From a bacterium (lineage in GTDB: Bacteria > Zhuqueibacterota > Zhuqueibacteria > Residuimicrobiales > Krinioviventaceae), in the NCBI GenBank assembly GCA_963675755.2, contig CAXXMD010000002.1, positions 544,001 through 608,000 of the forward strand: a stretch of DNA of 64,000 bases. Direction: 5' to 3'. A program made the translations under genes and the position numbers. How positions within the stretch are numbered: position 1 is the stretch's first letter; the number at the start of each line of letters is the position of its first letter. The notes under the pieces were generated by a model, which searched no databases, was not told the origin of the DNA, and worked only from the letters and a program-made list of their open reading frames with translations. Of the stretch, positions 59,649-64,000 are shown piece by piece.

Positions 59649-59954
59649 TTGTTATCGGTTTGCAGGATGTGTGGGCGGCGATCTTTGCGGCCAAAAGACC
59701 TGTTAAGAAATCCGTTTAATGTTACATTCATCTGTACGTATTGTGGAGCAGAATATAAAGTAACAAAAAACTTTATTCACTTTATAATTGTTTTTTTGAT
59801 ATGGATTCTAACATTTGTTGCATTTTTTTTATTAACAGTATTTAATTTTGATGGAATATTAAAGCTGATTTTGAGTTTTATAATATTAATCATTTCATTT
59901 ACCATTTCTGTAATGATTGGGAATTTGGATAAAATTAGTCGTTTACGAAAATAA
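59649..59954 (+). CDS. Small CxxC-x20-CxxC zinc-finger membrane protein
   Basis: CRMC, 20 residues, CTYC, then two TM helices; GAGGGG RBS and TTG start. Confidence 0.7.
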   Translation: MLSVCRMCGRRSLRPKDLLRNPFNVTFICTYCGAEYKVTKNFIHFIIVFLIWILTFVAFFLLTVFNFDGILKLILSFIILIISFTISVMIGNLDKISRLRK

Positions 59955-59962
59955 GTGAGAAT

Positions 59963-60328
59963 ATGTTCAAACTAACTGTTCATTCTACTTTTTCAGCAGC
60001 TCATCGTCTTGTTGATTATTCAGGTGCTTGCCAGAGAATCCATGGTCATAATTGGAAAGTACGGGCAACAATTGAATCTGATCGATTAAATGACCTGGGA
60101 ATGGTAATGGATCTATATGAACTCGAAACTATATTAAATACTACTTTGAAAAAGTTTGATCATTATATTATTAATGATATTGAACCATTTACAGAGATAA
60201 ATCCAACTTCTGAAAACCTTGCTAAATATATATACTATGATATAAAGAAACAATTATCAGAACCTATAAAAATGGTACAGGTTGAACTTTTAGAAACGGA
60301 TGATTTCTCTGTAACTTTTGCCGAATAA
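59963..60328 (+). CDS. queD: 6-carboxy-5,6,7,8-tetrahydropterin synthase
   Basis: FSAAHRL, CQRIHGHNW, GMVMD, FDH, NPTSENLA, ET. Confidence 0.95.
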   Translation: MFKLTVHSTFSAAHRLVDYSGACQRIHGHNWKVRATIESDRLNDLGMVMDLYELETILNTTLKKFDHYIINDIEPFTEINPTSENLAKYIYYDIKKQLSEPIKMVQVELLETDDFSVTFAE

Positions 60329-60349
60329 CCAAAAAAGAATAAATATTTC

Positions 60350-60377
60350 TTGACTATTGTTGTTTAAATGATATATT
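60350..60377 (+). promoter_or_regulatory. Sigma70-type promoter of the aromatic amino acid operon leader
   Basis: TTGACT (60350-60355), 16 bp spacer, TGn-TATATT (60372-60377). Confidence 0.55.
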
Positions 60378-60422
60378 TAAATACTCTATAGCGGAAGAAT
60401 ATAAATTGAGAAAAACCTGAAT

Positions 60423-60491
60423 ATGCGATTTTATTTTGAAAATTATTATTATTTTTTTATCGCCTTTGTAGCGGGAGGGATTAGCGTGTAA
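60423..60491 (+). CDS. Phe/Tyr-rich attenuator leader peptide MRFYFENYYYFFIAFVAGGISV
   Basis: 22-codon ORF read directly from the sequence; 5 Phe and 4 Tyr in the first 15 codons; directly upstream of the aro genes. Confidence 0.85.
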   Translation: MRFYFENYYYFFIAFVAGGISV

Positions 60492-60518
60492 ATGGAATTT
60501 TTTTTCTAGCTAACCCCG

Positions 60519-60552
60519 CCCACTGCTTTCACAAAGTAGTGGGTTTTTTTTT
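60519..60552 (+). terminator. Attenuator terminator
   Basis: CCCACTGCTTT-cac-AAAGTAGTGGG 11-bp stem followed by 9 T, ending 17 bp before the chorismate mutase ATG. Confidence 0.88.
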
Positions 60553-60569
60553 ATATATAAGGATAAGAA

Positions 60570-60827
60570 ATGGAATTGTCAGAACTTCGAAATGAAATAG
60601 ATTTAATTGATGAACAAATTCTGGATTTGCTTTCAAAACGTGCCCATGTTGCTATTGATATTGGTGAATTCAAGAGTCAAAACAATCTGGAAATTTTTAA
60701 TAAAGACCGTGAAGATAAAATTTTTGAAAATCTGATTAATAAAAATAATGGCCCATTAAGCGATAACGCTGTTCGGGCAATATTTGAACAAATCATTGTA
60801 ATCTGCAGAGACTTACAAAAGCTCTGA
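60570..60827 (+). CDS. Monofunctional chorismate mutase (AroQ type)
   Basis: LSELRNEIDLIDEQILDLLSKRA...IGEFK...DRE...IFEQII.ICR.LQ. Confidence 0.92.
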   Translation: MELSELRNEIDLIDEQILDLLSKRAHVAIDIGEFKSQNNLEIFNKDREDKIFENLINKNNGPLSDNAVRAIFEQIIVICRDLQKL

Positions 60828-60853
60828 TAATTATTTATTGAAAGGACAGTATT

Positions 60854-61870
60854 TTGGTAATTGTCATGAAAGATAGTGCGTCAGATGAAATGATTGCAAT
60901 AGTATCTGACAAACTTGTTGAGCTTGGTTTTGACGTTCACAAAGTTGTGGGTGTTAACAAAACCATAATAGGTGCCATAGGTGATAAACGCGGTATTGAT
61001 ATAAGACAATTTGAAATTATGGAAGGTGTTCAGGAAGTTGTTCGCATTACTGAACCTTATAAACTTGCAGGACGTACTTTTCACCAGGAAAATTCAGTTG
61101 TTAAAGTTCAAGACACATCGTTTGGTGGTGATGAAATTCATGTAATTGCCGGACCTTGTTCTATTGAAAGTGAAGATCAATTGTTTACAATTGCTGAACT
61201 GGTAAAAAAAGCCGGAGCTACCGTATTACGTGGTGGAGCATTTAAACCGCGTACATCTCCCTATAGTTTTCAGGGAATGGGTAAAGAGGGTTTACAGTTG
61301 CTGCAAAAAGCTGGAAAAGAATTCAATTTACCCACTGTTTCCGAGATAATGCGTGAAAATCAGGTTGATTTAATGTGTGAATATGTCGATATTCTTCAAG
61401 TGGGTGCTCGGAATATGCAAAACTTTTCACTTTTAAAAGAGCTGGGTAAAACCAAAACACCAATCTTGTTAAAGCGTGGTCTTGCTGCTACAATTGAAGA
61501 ATTTTTAATGGCTGCAGAATATATTATGGCTGGTGGAAATTACAATGTGATATTGTGTGAACGTGGTATTCGTACTTTTGAAAACTATACCCGAAATACT
61601 TTGGATATTTCTGCAATACCGGTTGTCCATAAATTAAGCCATTTACCCATCATTGCTGATCCCAGCCATGGAACAGGAATTCGTGATAAAGTACCTCCAA
61701 TGGCAAGAGCTGCAATTGCTGCCGGTGCAGATGGTTTGACAATTGAAGTACATCATGAACCGGAAAAAGCATTTTCTGATGGTGCTCAGTCATTGTATCC
61801 TAAACAATTTGAACGGTTAATGGAAGAACTTCGAATGATTGCGTGGGCTATAGGTCGTAAAATTAAATAG
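60854..61870 (+). CDS. aroF: DAHP synthase class I-beta with N-terminal regulatory (ACT/ferredoxin-like) domain
   Basis: IAGPCSIE, RGGAFKPRTSPYSFQG, GARNMQN, LCERGIRTFE, DPSHGTG. Confidence 0.96.
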   Translation: MVIVMKDSASDEMIAIVSDKLVELGFDVHKVVGVNKTIIGAIGDKRGIDIRQFEIMEGVQEVVRITEPYKLAGRTFHQENSVVKVQDTSFGGDEIHVIAGPCSIESEDQLFTIAELVKKAGATVLRGGAFKPRTSPYSFQGMGKEGLQLLQKAGKEFNLPTVSEIMRENQVDLMCEYVDILQVGARNMQNFSLLKELGKTKTPILLKRGLAATIEEFLMAAEYIMAGGNYNVILCERGIRTFENYTRNTLDISAIPVVHKLSHLPIIADPSHGTGIRDKVPPMARAAIAAGADGLTIEVHHEPEKAFSDGAQSLYPKQFERLMEELRMIAWAIGRKIK

Positions 61871-61879
61871 GATTAAATA

Positions 61880-62989
61880 ATGGATACCAATAATCGTTTT
61901 AAAACAATTGCGATAGTAGGGGTGGGGCTGATTGGTGGTTCTCTTGGAATGGCCCTGAAGCGAAAAGGATTTAAAGGAACTATCATTGGCATCGATAATC
62001 CTTATACCCTCGAAGATGCTATAAAGAGAAAAGCGGTTGACAAGGTTTACCCCATTGATCAACTTAAAGAGGGTGTAGCCACTGCTGATCTTGTTTTTCT
62101 TTGTACACCTATTGATGAAATAGTAAACCTTATCAAAATTGTTGGTAATTATGTAAAACCCAATACTCTTATTACAGATGTTGGCAGCATCAAGCGAAGC
62201 ATAGTTGAAACCGCCAATTTACATTTACCACGAGAATGCGATTTTATTGGTGGCCATCCCATGGCTGGTTCTGAATTCAGAAGCATTAAAGCCGCTGATC
62301 CATTTTTGTTTGAAAATACAATTTATGTTTTAACTCCAACGCGTCCTATAGATGAATCTACACGTAAAGCTTTTGGAGAGTTGTTGGAATCCATAGGTGC
62401 CAAAGTTTTATTAATGCTGCCCAAGCTGCATGATGAAATTGCTGCTGCTGTTAGTCATTTACCGCAAATGGCTGCTGTAGCTATGATGAATATGGTCGCG
62501 GAAAAGCAAAAAGAAAGTCCGCATTTTATGAAGATGGCTGCGGGTGGTTTTAGAGATATGACTCGTATTGCATCCAGTCCTTATGGTATTTGGGAGCATA
62601 TTCGACAGACAAATTCAGACATGATTATTGAATATATTGATGCATATATAAAAGAATTGGAAAAAGTCAAAAAGATATTATTAACACCGGAATTGGAAAC
62701 ATATTTTGAAAGCTCTGCTAAAAACAGACTCAATATCCCCAGTGATACAAAGGGCTTTTTACGTCCTCATTTTGATATTTCAGTAGCAGTTGAGGACAAG
62801 CCTGGAATGATTGCTATTATAGCAAATACTTTGAATGATGAGAATATCAATATCAAGGATATTGAAGTTTTAAAAATCAGAGAAGATGAAGGTGGAACAA
62901 TACGTTTGGCTTTTACAACTGAAAATGATAGAGAAGCTGCTATCTCTTTGTTAAGAGCCAAGGGACTTGAATGTGGAAAGAGGGATTGA
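61880..62989 (+). CDS. tyrA: Prephenate dehydrogenase with C-terminal ACT domain
   Basis: VGVGLIGGS, DVGSIK, GGHPMAGSE, HD...SHLP, GGFRDMTRIA; ACT segment VEDKPGMIA. Confidence 0.95.
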   Translation: MDTNNRFKTIAIVGVGLIGGSLGMALKRKGFKGTIIGIDNPYTLEDAIKRKAVDKVYPIDQLKEGVATADLVFLCTPIDEIVNLIKIVGNYVKPNTLITDVGSIKRSIVETANLHLPRECDFIGGHPMAGSEFRSIKAADPFLFENTIYVLTPTRPIDESTRKAFGELLESIGAKVLLMLPKLHDEIAAAVSHLPQMAAVAMMNMVAEKQKESPHFMKMAAGGFRDMTRIASSPYGIWEHIRQTNSDMIIEYIDAYIKELEKVKKILLTPELETYFESSAKNRLNIPSDTKGFLRPHFDISVAVEDKPGMIAIIANTLNDENINIKDIEVLKIREDEGGTIRLAFTTENDREAAISLLRAKGLECGKRD

Positions 62990-62990
62990 A

Positions 62991-64000
62991 ATGAATGAAC
63001 GTTTAATTAAACCAGCTGCCAAATTAAATGGCACTCTATTAATGCCCGGCGATAAATCTATTTCTCATCGAGCTTTAATCCTTTCGTCAATTGCCAACGG
63101 TGATTGTAAAATTACCGGTTTATCAGATGCAGTTGACATCCAGAATACAACCAATTGTTTAAAATCTCTTGGTGTTTCCATAGAAGAAAAAGATAATAGT
63201 GTAATTGTTCATGGCAAAGGTATGATGGGAATGTCAGAACCTTCAGCTATTCTTGACGCAGGGAATTCCGGAACTACTATACGTCTATTATCTGGTATAT
63301 TGGCAGCGTTACCTTTTACAACAGAAATAACCGGTGATGAATCACTACAAAAACGCCCAATGCGACGAATTATAGAGCCTCTTGAATTAATGGGAGCACA
63401 AATAGACAGTGCTGATTTTAAAGCACCTTTGAAAATCCGTGGTAATCATTTACGTGCTATTGATTATGCTTCACCAGTCGCCAGTGCTCAGGTTAAATCC
63501 TGTATTTTACTAGCTGGCTTGTATGCACGTGGATTGACCCGGGTTACAGAAACTTCTGAATCACGTAATCATACAGAATTAATGTTACGTGAATTCAATG
63601 CCAATATTCATTTCAACCCTGGAATGGCCGGCGTTCGTGGACCGGCTGAGCTTGAAGCAACGGACATTGATGTACCAGGCGATATATCCGCAGCCGCATT
63701 TTTCCTTGTAGCTGGTTCGCTTTTGAATGGATCTGAAATTGTAATGCCCAACATTGGTATCAACACAACCCGGACCGGTATTCTTGATGCTTTGACAACA
63801 ATGGGTGCAATGATTGATAAATCAGATGAAAACTCTATGAACCATGAAGATCGTGCAACTTTGACTGTTAAATCTACAATGTTGATGCCAACTCATTTAG
63901 GCGGTTCGTTAATCCCCAGAATTATTGATGAAATTCCCATTATTGCTGTAGCGGCTACTCAGGCACCTGGTACCACCATCATAAAAGATGCTGGTGAATT
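62991..64000 (+). CDS. aroA: EPSP synthase, 5' part; runs off the window
   Basis: ATG 62991: MNERLIKP...PGDKSISHRALI, DAGNSGTT.RL, GDESL.KRPM, ASAQVKS, PGDISAAAF, IDEIP. Confidence 0.95.
   Translation, partial: MNERLIKPAAKLNGTLLMPGDKSISHRALILSSIANGDCKITGLSDAVDIQNTTNCLKSLGVSIEEKDNSVIVHGKGMMGMSEPSAILDAGNSGTTIRLLSGILAALPFTTEITGDESLQKRPMRRIIEPLELMGAQIDSADFKAPLKIRGNHLRAIDYASPVASAQVKSCILLAGLYARGLTRVTETSESRNHTELMLREFNANIHFNPGMAGVRGPAELEATDIDVPGDISAAAFFLVAGSLLNGSEIVMPNIGINTTRTGILDALTTMGAMIDKSDENSMNHEDRATLTVKSTMLMPTHLGGSLIPRIIDEIPIIAVAATQAPGTTIIKDAGE

Noticed and set aside
60329-60569. T-box riboswitch upstream of the aro operon
   Set aside because: No GGTGGNACC T-box motif or long stem I; the leader peptide explains the structure better
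57770-61870. AHBA/ansamycin biosynthetic cluster (RifK-like, HAD, DAHP synthase)
   Set aside because: No RifL or RifN homologues and no PKS; the DAHP synthase is a class I-beta enzyme in a separate, attenuated primary-metabolism operon

Overview
A low-GC bacterial chromosomal segment with about 65 densely packed CDSs. I saw no rRNA, tRNA, CRISPR array, IS element or prophage. The gene style (Tat-exported sulfatase and epimerase, PASTA-only protein, S16 with an acidic tail, multiheme lipoproteins) suggests an anaerobic FCB-related lineage such as KSB1 or Calditrichota; this is inference only. Housekeeping blocks are tgt-yajC-fmt-rsmB-PASTA-rpe, xerD-birA-coaX, ffh-rpsP-rimM-trmD-rplS, metE, tal, queD and chorismate mutase-aroF-tyrA-aroA. 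Five things stand out. (1) A full-length archaeal/eukaryotic-type topoisomerase IB (53730-55478) has all five catalytic residues and a Ser at the position of the human camptothecin-resistance change N722S. (2) An unannotated 22-codon Phe/Tyr-rich leader peptide with antiterminator and terminator hairpins lies upstream of the aromatic amino acid operon. (3) A 21-heme lipoprotein built from nine tandem di-heme repeats is divergent from a tetraheme c554. (4) A BlaI/BlaR1-type pair has twin TACGAA-N4-TTCGTA operators, and its sensor tail is packed with D-S/T-x motifs matching the Bacteroidetes O-glycosylation sequon. (5) A 2-oxoacid:ferredoxin oxidoreductase is co-transcribed with two atypical flavoproteins.
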